Below are positions 55,247 through 64,000 of a DNA stretch of 64,000 bases, piece after piece; the first letter of the stretch is position 1; the number at the start of each line of letters is the position of its first letter. Both the position numbers and the translations under genes were made by a program. Source of the DNA: Microbacteriaceae bacterium (lineage in GTDB: Bacteria; Actinomycetota; Actinomycetes; Actinomycetales; Microbacteriaceae); the NCBI GenBank assembly GCA_004297935.1, contig SCRE01000004.1, positions 28,357 to 92,356 on the forward strand, given 5' to 3'. Below the pieces are notes generated by a model. The model saw only the letters and a program-made list of their open reading frames with translations. It did no database searches and was not told where the DNA came from.

Positions 55247-56603
55247 GATGAGTCTCCTCGGCATAGCGACGAGCCGCCGTCTGCCATGCCCTCTGTGCGT
55301 CGTCGCCGGGTTCGACCGGCACACAGGTGAAGCCGACACGCCGCAGCTCATCCTCATCGAGCCGACGGGCTCCGCCGAAGAGGAACGCGACCGCAGGCTC
55401 ACACTGGTGGCGCACCGAGGCCAGCGCGGCCGTGCCCGTCAGCGCGCCGTCGACGAGAACAGCGAACACCGGCACCGCCTTGCCGCCGCGGCGCAGCCCG
55501 TCGGCAAGAACATCTATACCGGTCGATGCGTCAGAATCGCGCTGACCTGCCGACTGATCGACCTGGCGCACGGATGCGAGGTCGGCCAGCAGCAGCTGCT
55601 CGCCGGCCGGCAGTTCGAACGATGCGGGCGCTGCGCCGAGCACACCGAGCCTGCCGGCACCCGTGCGCCCGGAGAACTGCACACGACCGGTCTCGACGAC
55701 ATTCACCACGAAGCCCTCGTTCAGCAGATGCGAGCCGAGCGCCGCCACCAGGGCGACGGCCTGCTCGAACGCGGCGTTGCGTGGGTGGTGACGGGCGACA
55801 CGTCGATCGGTGCGCGGGGCGCGACGCGTGTCGAAGAGAATCCACGCGTTCGGATCGCTTCGCTGCTCCTCCTGCCGCACCATGAGTTTGTCGTGCCGGG
55901 CGGTCGCTCGCCAGTGCATGCGACGCAACGGGTCCCCCGTGCGATACTCGCGTGCGATCAATTCGTCTGCACTCGGGATGCTGTGCCGCAGCAACTCGTA
56001 CTCGGCACCCTCCGTCGTGGCCGTGTCCAGCTCGCCGCGAAGCAGCGGAACGACACGCGGAGTCACCACGAGCGGTCTTGCCCCACCGACCGCGTATTCG
56101 GCGTGAGCGAGCCCGAATGGGTCGAGGCGTGCCAGCAGCATGGGACCGACCTCGTAGACACCGCGGGTCTCGGTGTGGATGCGATAGCGCAACGTGGCGA
56201 CGTCGGGGCGGTGCCTGGTGGGCAGCCCGTGCTCGGCGAGCCACGGCAACGGCGCGAACCCCGGAGCGCTCAAGCCGGTGCCGACCGTATCACGCCAACG
56301 CATCGGCGACGGTGAGTGAGAACCCTGGTTGCGCACCGTCAAGGTTGCCTGAGTTTCTTCGCCGGTTGCCACGATCTCGGGTAAGAACGACCGCGAGACG
56401 CTCAGCCAGGGTCGATCGAGCACGAGCGCCAGCATTGCAGCGGGCGGAAGCACGGTCAGCGCCAGCCCGACGAACAGCAGGTCAACTCGCCCCAGCAGGA
56501 CGGCTCCGATGAAGGCGATGATTCCGGCCAAGGCGACCGCCCAGCCACGCAGAGTCGGTCGCGGGCGCGTCACCCGCGGCATCCGCTCGCGCGCCCTGTA
56601 CAT
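55239..56603 (-). CDS. DUF58 family protein
   Basis: REYRTGDPLRRMHWRATAR, LMVRQEE, FEQAVALVAAL. Confidence 0.9.
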   Translation of the reverse strand: MYRARERMPRVTRPRPTLRGWAVALAGIIAFIGAVLLGRVDLLFVGLALTVLPPAAMLALVLDRPWLSVSRSFLPEIVATGEETQATLTVRNQGSHSPSPMRWRDTVGTGLSAPGFAPLPWLAEHGLPTRHRPDVATLRYRIHTETRGVYEVGPMLLARLDPFGLAHAEYAVGGARPLVVTPRVVPLLRGELDTATTEGAEYELLRHSIPSADELIAREYRTGDPLRRMHWRATARHDKLMVRQEEQRSDPNAWILFDTRRAPRTDRRVARHHPRNAAFEQAVALVAALGSHLLNEGFVVNVVETGRVQFSGRTGAGRLGVLGAAPASFELPAGEQLLLADLASVRQVDQSAGQRDSDASTGIDVLADGLRRGGKAVPVFAVLVDGALTGTAALASVRHQCEPAVAFLFGGARRLDEDELRRVGFTCVPVEPGDDAQRAWQTAARRYAEETHHG

Positions 56604-56606
56604 GAG

Positions 56607-57635
56607 TCAACCCGTCGAACTCGGCACCGGGGTCGCTGCGACGATCCGCCCGATGATTTCTGCGATCAACGGCGCGCTTTCATGGTGCTGCCCCATCGCC
56701 CGGCTGGTCGGCAGGAGCCGATGGCCGAGCACCGGCACTGCCAGGATGTCCACGTCATCCGGCAGTACGAAGTCCCGTCCTTCCAGCGCGGCTCGCGCCT
56801 TCGCCGCGCGCACCAGCTGCAGCGTCGCGCGCGGGCTGGCGCCGAGGCGCAGCTCGCGATCCTCCCGGGTCGCTCTGGCAATATCGATCGCATACCGCTT
56901 GACGGCGACCGAAGCGAAGACCCGGCGAGCGGTGGCCATCATCGCCCGCAGCCGGTCGACCGTGACGACGGCGCCGATACGCGAGAGCGGGCTCGACGTG
57001 TCGCGCCCGTGCAGCATGTCCAGTTCCGCCTGCTCATCGGGGTAGCCCATGGCGATCCGCGCCATGAACCGGTCGCGCTGGGCTTCGGGCAGGGCGTAGG
57101 TGCCTTCCATCTCGATCGGGTTCTGCGTTGCGACCACGATGAACGGGCTCGACAGCGGATAGGTCGACCCGTCTACCGTCACCTGCCGCTCCTCCATGCA
57201 TTCGAGCAGCGCCGACTGGGTCTTCGGGCTGGCCCGGTTGATCTCGTCGCCGATCACGATGTTGGCGAACACCGCGCCCGGCTTGAACTCGAACCGCCGC
57301 TCCGCCTGGTTGTAGACGGACACGCCGGTGACGTCGCTGGGCAGCAGATCGGGTGTGAATTGGATGCGGCTGACCGAGCAGTCAACCGATTTCGCGAGGG
57401 ACTTCGCGAGCATCGTCTTGCCGACACCGGGGATATCCTCGATCAGCAGGTGCCCCTCCGCCAGCAGCACGGTCAGCGCGGTCTGCACCGCATCGTGTTT
57501 GCCGTCGATGACCGACTCGACATTCGCCGCGATCTGTGCGGCTGCGTGCTGCAGCTCAGCCGAATCCATCTCATCGGTCGCGGCCACAGGGGCCACGGAT
57601 GAGTCGGTCGGTTGACGAGTCGGAAAACTGTTCAT
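56607..57635 (-). CDS. moxR: MoxR family AAA+ ATPase
   Basis: EDIPGVGKT, QFTPDLLPSD, DEINRASPKTQSALLE, TQNP, LPEAQRDRF, LGASPRA. Confidence 0.95.
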   Translation of the reverse strand: MNSFPTRQPTDSSVAPVAATDEMDSAELQHAAAQIAANVESVIDGKHDAVQTALTVLLAEGHLLIEDIPGVGKTMLAKSLAKSVDCSVSRIQFTPDLLPSDVTGVSVYNQAERRFEFKPGAVFANIVIGDEINRASPKTQSALLECMEERQVTVDGSTYPLSSPFIVVATQNPIEMEGTYALPEAQRDRFMARIAMGYPDEQAELDMLHGRDTSSPLSRIGAVVTVDRLRAMMATARRVFASVAVKRYAIDIARATREDRELRLGASPRATLQLVRAAKARAALEGRDFVLPDDVDILAVPVLGHRLLPTSRAMGQHHESAPLIAEIIGRIVAATPVPSSTG

Positions 57636-57666
57636 GATTCGTGGAGGCTGTTCATGATTCGTGGAG
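57628..57666 (-). repeat. 19-bp direct repeat (period 20) duplicating the coaD-stop / moxR-start junction
   Basis: ctgttcatgattcgtggag at 57628-57646 and 57648-57666. Confidence 0.95.
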
Positions 57667-58134
57667 ATAGTCGTATACCACTCGCGGCACATACGGGCTG
57701 ACGTCGCCGCCGAGGGCGGCCACCTGCCGCACCAGGGAACTCGAAACGTGGGCATTCGCCGGGTTCGGCAGGAGGAAGATCGTCTCCACCTCGGCGAGAT
57801 TGCGGTTGACGATCGCCATCGGCGTCTCGTAGGCGACATCGATCTGCGACCGGATGCCCTTGACGAGCACCTGAGCGCCGACATCCGTGCAGTAGTCGAC
57901 CAGCAGGCCGACACTCCACGAGGCGACGAGGATGTCGCCTGCGATGCGGGCATCCTTGATGGATTGGTCCAGCAGCGCCACGCGCTGGGCGATCGGCAGC
58001 AGTGCGGCCTTGTCCGGGTTGTGCACGACGAGTACGTGCACCTCGTCGAACAGCCGGGCGGCACGCTCGATCACATCGAGGTGACCCAGCGTGACGGGGT
58101 CGAACGATCCAGGGACAACGGCGATCCTGTTCAT
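57652..58134 (-). CDS. coaD: Phosphopantetheine adenylyltransferase
   Basis: [25 protein letters not shown]. Confidence 0.98.
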   Translation of the reverse strand: MNRIAVVPGSFDPVTLGHLDVIERAARLFDEVHVLVVHNPDKAALLPIAQRVALLDQSIKDARIAGDILVASWSVGLLVDYCTDVGAQVLVKGIRSQIDVAYETPMAIVNRNLAEVETIFLLPNPANAHVSSSLVRQVAALGGDVSPYVPRVVYDYLHES

Positions 58135-58240
58135 GTGCCTCCACAATCCTGACTTCCAGGATAGTCGTTCACGGTTATCGTTTCGTTACCAATTGCTGGC
58201 CGAATGCCGACCGTGCGCCGTGACGATCAGACGGCAGCCA

Positions 58241-60511
58241 TCAGTTCTTCGCGAGGAAGTCGCGTTCCGACTCGTCGAGTCTGCGGGCCAGTGCGGCCGC
58301 CAGCGCCGGATGCGTGCTGAGCTGCGGATCCTCGGCGAGCACACCTTCGGCCAGCTCCCGTGCGAACATGATGACGGCGCCGTCGTGTGCGACGCGCAGA
58401 AGCCGCAACGACGAGCGCCCACCCGATTGCTCGCTGCCGAGAACGTCGCCTTCACGACGCAGCTCCAGATCCACCTCGGCCAGCGCGAACCCGTCGAGGG
58501 TCGCCGCGACGGCCTCGACCCGCTCACGGGACAACGTCTCCGCTTGCGCCCAGGTCACGAACAGGCAGAGGCCGGGATGCTCGCCTCGGCCGACTCGACC
58601 GCGCAGCTGGTGCAGCTGCGACACCCCGAACCGCTCGGCGTCGAGCACGATCATCGCGGATGCGTTCGGCACGTCCACCCCGACTTCGATCACCGTCGTG
58701 GCCACGAGCAGGTCGATCTCGCCGGCCGCGAAGGCGTGCATGACGGCATCCTTCTCATCGGCGGACATCCGACCGTGCAGTGCGCTGATCCGCGCTGAGG
58801 CAAGTGCCGGGTTCCGGTTGACCGCCGCCAGCACAGACTCGACGGATGCCATCGGGCGCGCGGGCGCAGCCGGCCCACCGTCGGCGATCCGCTCCGCGCC
58901 GGCACTCTCCGCGCCGGCGCTCTCCTGGCCGGCGCTCTCCTGGCCGACCTCAAGCACCTTCGCGCTGATCGCCGGGCAGACGACGAACACCTGACGGCCG
59001 GCGGCGATCTCCTCGGCCGCCCGGGTCCAGACCCGTCGCTCCCAGCCCGGGTGCTCAGCGAGCGGCGCGACGAAGCTCTGGATCGGCTGCCGACCGGCCG
59101 GCAGTTGTGCGATGGTCGACACGTCCAGATCTCCGAAGACGGTCATGGCGACCGTGCGCGGAATCGGTGTTGCGGTGAGTACGAGCACGTGCGGCGGCCT
59201 CGCCCCCTTCAGCCGAAGCGCCTCGCGCTGGTCGACTCCGAACCGATGCTGCTCGTCGACCACGATGAGGCCGAGGTCGTAGAACGTCACCGCGTCGTGC
59301 AGCAGGGCGTGGGTGCCGATGACGATGCGCGCCTGCCCGGAGATCGTGCGCAGCAGAGCCTTCTTGCGTGCCGCGACGGGGAGCTGCCCTGTGATCAGGG
59401 TCGGCATGAGCTCCGCCGCCAGGTCGGGGCCGAGGATCGCGGCGATGGAGTGCAGATGCTGCGCGGCAAGCACCTCGGTCGGCGCCAGCAGGGCCGCCTG
59501 GCCGCCCGCGTCGGCGACCGCAAGCATGGCGCGCAGTGCAACGAGTGTCTTGCCGCTGCCGACCTCCCCCTGCACCAGGCGATTCATCGGTGCTTCTGCG
59601 GCCAGATCACGTGCGATCTCCCCGCCGACGACGCGCTGGTCATCTGTCAGCGTGAACGGCAACACGGCGTCGAACCGTTCCAGATAGCCGCCTGCCCGTG
59701 GCACCCTGGGGATCGCACGCGCGCTCCGCGCCGCGGCCCGCTGCTGCAGCAACGCGGCCTGGAGCACGAACGCCTCGTGGAACCGCAGCGTGTCCCGGGC
59801 GCGCCGCCAGTCGGCATCCGTCTGCGGATTGTGGACGAGTTCGAGTGCCGACCGGTACGGCAGCAGCGAGGCCTCGGCGCGCACGGCATCCGGAATCGGA
59901 TCGGCGATGGCGTCGAGCGATCTGAACGCCTGGACGACACAGTCGTGCACCTGCCAGCTGGTGACGCTCGATGTGGCCGGGTAGATCGGCACCGGCGTCA
60001 TTGCCCAGCGCAGAGCGGCCGCGGAGTCGCCATCGAACGCGTCGGTCTGCTCGGCGAACAATTGGTAGTTCGGGTGGGTCAGCTGCAGCGTGCCGTGATA
60101 GTCGGTGACCGTGCCGGCGAACACACCGCGCAGCCCCGGCAGAAGCTGGTCGGCACGCCACGCCTGGTTGAAGAACGTCAGAGTCAGCACGCCGGTTCCG
60201 TCTGAGATCTTCGCCTCGACGATCGAGCCGTGCTTGGTCTTCATCGCGCGTTTGCTGACCGAGAGCACTTCGCCGACGATCGTCACGGCTTCGCCGACGG
60301 GCAGCCCGTTCAGTGCCGTCAACTCCCCGCGGCGCGCGTAGCGGCGCGGATAGTGGCTGAGCAGATCGCCGACGGTCGCCATGCCGAACGCCTTCTTCAA
60401 TGCGGCGGCGCTCCTGCCGCCGAGCAGTCCGGAGAGCTTGCTGTCCAGGCCGACCGTTGCGACGCGATCGACGGCCACCGACACGCCTCTGGCAGGTGAC
60501 GGAGCGGACAT
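58241..60511 (-). CDS. recG: ATP-dependent DNA helicase RecG
   Basis: HYPRRY, QGEVGSGKT, VDEQHRFG, TATPIPRT, TTVIEVGVD, QLHQLRGRVGRG. Confidence 0.97.
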   Translation of the reverse strand: MSAPSPARGVSVAVDRVATVGLDSKLSGLLGGRSAAALKKAFGMATVGDLLSHYPRRYARRGELTALNGLPVGEAVTIVGEVLSVSKRAMKTKHGSIVEAKISDGTGVLTLTFFNQAWRADQLLPGLRGVFAGTVTDYHGTLQLTHPNYQLFAEQTDAFDGDSAAALRWAMTPVPIYPATSSVTSWQVHDCVVQAFRSLDAIADPIPDAVRAEASLLPYRSALELVHNPQTDADWRRARDTLRFHEAFVLQAALLQQRAAARSARAIPRVPRAGGYLERFDAVLPFTLTDDQRVVGGEIARDLAAEAPMNRLVQGEVGSGKTLVALRAMLAVADAGGQAALLAPTEVLAAQHLHSIAAILGPDLAAELMPTLITGQLPVAARKKALLRTISGQARIVIGTHALLHDAVTFYDLGLIVVDEQHRFGVDQREALRLKGARPPHVLVLTATPIPRTVAMTVFGDLDVSTIAQLPAGRQPIQSFVAPLAEHPGWERRVWTRAAEEIAAGRQVFVVCPAISAKVLEVGQESAGQESAGAESAGAERIADGGPAAPARPMASVESVLAAVNRNPALASARISALHGRMSADEKDAVMHAFAAGEIDLLVATTVIEVGVDVPNASAMIVLDAERFGVSQLHQLRGRVGRGEHPGLCLFVTWAQAETLSRERVEAVAATLDGFALAEVDLELRREGDVLGSEQSGGRSSLRLLRVAHDGAVIMFARELAEGVLAEDPQLSTHPALAAALARRLDESERDFLAKN
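58892..58946 (-). repeat. In-frame 15-bp tandem repeat in recG (GQESA/GAESA)
   Basis: ctcc(gc/tg)gccggc(a/g)ct units at 58892, 58907, 58922 and a partial unit at 58937. Confidence 0.9.
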
Positions 60512-60603
60512 GCTCCGAGTCTAAAGCCCGCCACCGACAGCCTGTCCGAGCTAGAACACGGGGAGCCCGGGCCACGAGCGCTCGGGCGGTAGCGTTGAGT
60601 GCG

Positions 60604-61209
60604 ATGACACGAATCGTTTCCGGCTTCGCCGGCTCGCTCACCCTCGCGGTTCCGCGTTCGGGCACTCGTCCGACAAGCGATCGCGTGCGCGAGGCGATCT
60701 TCTCCGCGCTGTCTGCGCGCAACGCCGTGTACGGCGCGAATGTGCTCGACCTGTACGCCGGTTCAGGGGCGTTGGGACTCGAGGCGGCAAGCCGGGGGGC
60801 GGCATCCGTCGTGCTGGTCGAGCGCAACCGCGCCGCGGCGGCGGTCTGCCGCGGCAACGCGTCGGCGATCCTGCGAGCGGCGAAAGGCCGCGCTGCGCCG
60901 CGGGTGCAGACCGTGGTGTCGTCGGTGCGCGCTTTCCTTGCCGGGCCATCGGCCGCGGCCGGCGGTTTCGCACTGGTCTTTCTCGACCCGCCCTACGACC
61001 TTCCCGAAACGGAGCTGACCGCGGACCTGGCCGCACTGGCGCCGTTGCTCGCCGCAGACTCCGTTGTCGTCGTGGAGCGCGGTACCCGTTCACCGGAGCC
61101 GAGGTGGCCGAGGATGCTCATCCTCGATCGACGCAAGGACTACGGCGACACGGCGGTGTGGACGGCCGTGCACGCCGAGGCCGACGGGGGCGGACACCCG
61201 CTCCTGTAG
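60604..61209 (+). CDS. rsmD: 16S rRNA m2G966 methyltransferase
   Basis: MTRIVSG, RPTSDRVREAIF, LDLYAGSG, FLDPPY, YGDT. Confidence 0.95.
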   Translation: MTRIVSGFAGSLTLAVPRSGTRPTSDRVREAIFSALSARNAVYGANVLDLYAGSGALGLEAASRGAASVVLVERNRAAAAVCRGNASAILRAAKGRAAPRVQTVVSSVRAFLAGPSAAAGGFALVFLDPPYDLPETELTADLAALAPLLAADSVVVVERGTRSPEPRWPRMLILDRRKDYGDTAVWTAVHAEADGGGHPLL

Positions 61210-61222
61210 CCGGCCCGCCGGC

Positions 61223-62284
61223 TCAACCGTGCGCGCCATCCCAGCCGGCGTACGGGTCCCAACCGCCGAGGCCCGTGTACGGCTCGCCGTCGACCAGCAC
61301 GCCGTCACCGGCGACGACCCGGCCGATCCGGCGAAAGCCCGCAGCCAACGGCCGTTCCGGTGGAAAACAGGCCAGCAGGCTGTGGTCCTCCCCGCCGGCC
61401 AGTGACCGCTCCGGCTCCGCACCGAGCGCGGCTCGATCCAGATCGATGCAGACGCCGGATGCCTGCGCGATGCGCCGGGCGTCCAGCACGAGCCCGTCGC
61501 TGAGGTCGAGCATCGCCGTCGCGCCGCCCTGAGCGGCGAGTGCCCCTGCCCGGATCGGCGGACGCGGGCGCAGCTGCGCCTCGACGACGACACGGTGCTC
61601 GGCACGCAAGCCTGCGGCCGATTGCGCATCAGGCGTGCCCTCGGCATCCGTTGCACGCCGGAAGAGCAGCGCGAGCCCCGCCGCGGCCGCGCCGAGTTCA
61701 CCGGCGACCGCCACGGTGTCGCCGATCCGGGCGCCGGATCGCAGCACGGGCGGCCGGCCCTCGAGGTCGCCGAACGCTGTGACGGCGATGGTGAACGTGT
61801 CGGAGGCAGACAGGTCGCCACCGACGACACCACAGCCCGGTGCGAGGGCTGCGCAGGCCTGCCGCAACCCGTCGGCGATGCCCTCGAGCACGGCGACCGG
61901 CGTCGCCCGCGGCGCGGCGATCGCCACGAGCAGCGCGGTCGGACGGGCGCCCATGGCGGCGACGTCCGCGAGATTGGATGCCGCGGCCTTCCAGCCGAGA
62001 TCAGCCGGCGCCGACCACGCGAATCGAAAGTCCGGACCGTGCACCATCAGATCCGTCGTGACGACGTAGCGCCCATCAGGGGCGCTCAGCACGGCGGCAT
62101 CGTCGCCGGGGCCGACCAGGGCTGCATCCGAAGCCGGCAGCCGTGGAAAGATCCGCCGCAGCGCATCGATCTCCCGGACCGTCTGCAGCGTGTCGCTCGC
62201 GGTGTCGAATGCAGCGGGGTCGGGCTCAGTGGGGTCGGGTACAGCGGGGTCGGGTGCAGCGGGGTCGGGCTCAGGCGTCGTCAT
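61223..62284 (-). CDS. thiL: Thiamine-monophosphate kinase
   Basis: GPGDDAA, NLADVAAMG, VGGD, MLDLSDGL, GGEDHSL. Confidence 0.96.
   Translation of the reverse strand: MTTPEPDPAAPDPAVPDPTEPDPAAFDTASDTLQTVREIDALRRIFPRLPASDAALVGPGDDAAVLSAPDGRYVVTTDLMVHGPDFRFAWSAPADLGWKAAASNLADVAAMGARPTALLVAIAAPRATPVAVLEGIADGLRQACAALAPGCGVVGGDLSASDTFTIAVTAFGDLEGRPPVLRSGARIGDTVAVAGELGAAAAGLALLFRRATDAEGTPDAQSAAGLRAEHRVVVEAQLRPRPPIRAGALAAQGGATAMLDLSDGLVLDARRIAQASGVCIDLDRAALGAEPERSLAGGEDHSLLACFPPERPLAAGFRRIGRVVAGDGVLVDGEPYTGLGGWDPYAGWDGAHG
62212..62271 (-). repeat. Four 15-bp tandem units in the ThiL N-terminus (xPDPx)
   Basis: cag(c/t)ggggtcggg(ct/ta/tg) at 62212, 62227, 62242 and 62257. Confidence 0.9.
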
Positions 62285-62309
62285 GCATCAAACGGTAGCC
62301 TGGATCCCG

Positions 62310-62828
62310 ATGACTCTTCGGCTCGCACGCCTGTCGGCGGCACTTCCTCTGCTGCTGGTGGCCGGCCTGCTGAGCGGATGCGCCTCGGTCGTCGCGATGA
62401 CGGCTGCGCCCGACTCGAACAGTGTCGGCTGCGCGAACATCTCGGTGCGCCTGCCGGACACCGTCGCCGGCCGGGCGAAGCGCGAGACGGACGCGCAGGC
62501 GACCGGCGCCTGGGGGAACCCCGCCGTCGTGCTGCTGCGCTGCGGCGTGCCGCCGATCGGCCCGACCACGAAGCCGTGCCTGACGGCGAACGGCATCGAC
62601 TGGGTGCTGGAGAACGATCCGCTCTCCCCGGCGCTGCGCTACATCACTTTTGGACGCGTGCCCGCCACGGAAGTCGTCATCGAACACGGCAAGAACGGCG
62701 TCTCCGACGCGAGTGTGATGGCCGACCTGTCCGATGCGATCGGCAGCGTCAAGCAGACGCAGAAGTGCATCTCCGCTGCCGACGTGCCGGCCCCGACCAA
62801 CGCGCCTGCCGCCGTGCCTACACCCTGA
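62310..62828 (+). CDS. DUF3515 family lipoprotein
   Basis: LSGC lipobox, AWG, LRCG, NGIDW, TFGRVP; usual neighbour of thiL and ddl. Confidence 0.85.
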   Translation: MTLRLARLSAALPLLLVAGLLSGCASVVAMTAAPDSNSVGCANISVRLPDTVAGRAKRETDAQATGAWGNPAVVLLRCGVPPIGPTTKPCLTANGIDWVLENDPLSPALRYITFGRVPATEVVIEHGKNGVSDASVMADLSDAIGSVKQTQKCISAADVPAPTNAPAAVPTP

Positions 62829-63933
62829 CTGCGCCCTGATGGCCCGCACGGGCCAGTGCGACGTCGATCAGCTCGTCGATCAGTTGCGGATAGGCCAGCC
62901 CGCTGGCCTGCCAGCACTTCGGGAACATCGAGATCGGCGTGAACCCCGGCATGGTGTTGATCTCATTGATGACGAAGCCGGCTGCGGTCAAAAAGAAATC
63001 CACGCGCGCGAGGCCCTCGCCGCCGATCGCATCGAACGCGCGAACGGCCAAGGACTGCATGTCCGCCAACTCGTCAGCGGTGAGCGTGGCCGGGCAGATC
63101 AGCTCGACACCGGGTGCGTCGAGGTACTTGGCCGCGAAGTCGTAGAACTCCCGGCCGGACACCACGATCTCCCCGGCGACGGATGCTCGCGTCGGCTCTC
63201 CCGCTCGCCCGCCGAGCACCGCGATTTCGACCTCGCGGCCGACCAGGCCCGCTTCGATCAGCACCTTGTCGTCTTCCAGCAGTGCCGTTTCCATCGCAGC
63301 CGCGAGCTGGTCCAGCCCGGTCAGCTTCGTCACGCCGACGCTCGAGCCGGCCCGAGCCGGCTTGACGAACAGCGGAACGCCGAGCGGCGCGATCGTCGCG
63401 AGCACGGCATCCGGATCGGTGCGCCACTGGTAGCCGGACACGGTCCGCCACGGCGCGACCGGCAGTCCGGCGTGCTGCAGCACGGTCTTGGTGAAGTGCT
63501 TGTCCATGCCGAGTGCGCTCGCGAGCACGCCGCTGCCGACATACGGCAGCCCGATCAGTTCGAGCATGCCCTGCAGGGTGCCGTCCTCACCCCACGGTCC
63601 GTGCAGGATCGGGAAGACGAGGTCCGCGTCACCCAGTGCGCGTTCCGACCCATCGGCCTCCCGAACGGTCAGCGTGCAAGACGCCGCGCTGTCCGGCCAG
63701 CGCACACGTGTCCCATTGTCGACGACGGCGGGCATCGCGTGCGGGTTCAGCGTGAAAGCGGCGGCATCGTCGCGCTCGAGCACGTACGCCCCGTCTCGGG
63801 TGACCCCGACCGGGATGACGTCATACCGTTCGCGGTCAATGGCCGCCAGCACTCCGCCCGCCGTGGCGCAACTGATTGAATGCTCGCTGGAGCGACCCCC
63901 GAAGAGAAGTACGAGCGCGATCTTGTCCGCCAT
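62818..63933 (-). CDS. ddl: D-alanine--D-alanine ligase
   Basis: GGRSSEHSISC, HGPWGEDG, FVKPARAGSSVG, FYDFAAKY, NEINTMPG. Confidence 0.97.
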   Translation of the reverse strand: MADKIALVLLFGGRSSEHSISCATAGGVLAAIDRERYDVIPVGVTRDGAYVLERDDAAAFTLNPHAMPAVVDNGTRVRWPDSAASCTLTVREADGSERALGDADLVFPILHGPWGEDGTLQGMLELIGLPYVGSGVLASALGMDKHFTKTVLQHAGLPVAPWRTVSGYQWRTDPDAVLATIAPLGVPLFVKPARAGSSVGVTKLTGLDQLAAAMETALLEDDKVLIEAGLVGREVEIAVLGGRAGEPTRASVAGEIVVSGREFYDFAAKYLDAPGVELICPATLTADELADMQSLAVRAFDAIGGEGLARVDFFLTAAGFVINEINTMPGFTPISMFPKCWQASGLAYPQLIDELIDVALARAGHQGAVRV

Positions 63934-64000
63934 CCGTGGTCCTTTCGCCCTGGGGTCCGTCCGAATCCGTGGTCAGATGCGGTGCAATGTCTTTCGGGTC
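63836..64000 (-). CDS. 3' end of the upstream gene, probably NAD(P)H-dependent glycerol-3-phosphate dehydrogenase, overlapping ddl by 98 bp
   Basis: Frame open from 64000: DPKDIAPHLTTDSDGPQGERTTDGGQDR...GGRSAGGH*; gpsA-ddl synteny is typical of Actinobacteria, but no catalytic region is visible. Confidence 0.55.
   Translation of the reverse strand, partial: DPKDIAPHLTTDSDGPQGERTTDGGQDRARTSLRGSLQRAFNQLRHGGRSAGGH

Noticed and set aside
60511-61209. rsmD divergent from recG as a recent inversion
   Set aside because: I recall the thiL-rsmD-recG-coaD layout as common in Microbacteriaceae; no breakpoint repeats seen
1-64000. tRNA, rRNA, SRP RNA or riboswitch genes
   Set aside because: No cloverleaf, rRNA or recognisable riboswitch consensus seen in any intergenic gap, including near ffh and thiL; a covariance search was not run

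Overview
High-GC actinobacterial chromosome segment. Gene content and order (rpsB-tsf-pyrH-frr-cdsA, xerC-dprA-yifB-yraN-rnhB-lepB-rplS, trmD-rimM-khpA-rpsP, ffh-ftsY, smc-mutM-rnc-rpmF, coaD-recG-rsmD-thiL-ddl-gpsA) point to Microbacteriaceae. I found no tRNA, rRNA or CRISPR array. Two accessory blocks interrupt the housekeeping backbone. (1) 20990-28254, between rpsP and ffh: a stand-alone four-gene cyclohexanecarboxyl-CoA (CHC-CoA) operon. It encodes an EPSP-synthase-like/acyl-CoA ligase fusion, an acyl-CoA dehydrogenase, ChcA and a dienoyl-CoA reductase, in the same order as Streptomyces plmJK-plmL-chcA-plmM, but with no PKS in the window. It most likely supplies the primer for omega-cyclohexyl membrane fatty acids and has a palindromic candidate operator. 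(2) About 32360-45750, between ftsY and smc: a visibly lower-GC, partly decayed island. It carries IclR, a sugar ABC importer, a GMC oxidoreductase plus small subunit, an enoyl-CoA hydratase, an aldehyde dehydrogenase, a family III CoA-transferase, a divergent GH88, a broken KDPG-type aldolase, a truncated-antitoxin/VapC pair and IS remnants. I infer (untested) that it may encode a lyase-free, CoA-dependent route that makes and then hydrolyses 4,5-unsaturated uronyl glycosides. Smaller observations: a frameshifted sugar porter, a REP-like palindrome and a VNTR inside smc, a duplication-derived insert in Ffh, a mini-ORF relay between coaD and moxR, several in-frame tandem repeats, and many leaderless promoters. 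All protein assignments come from motif recognition by eye; no database searches were run.
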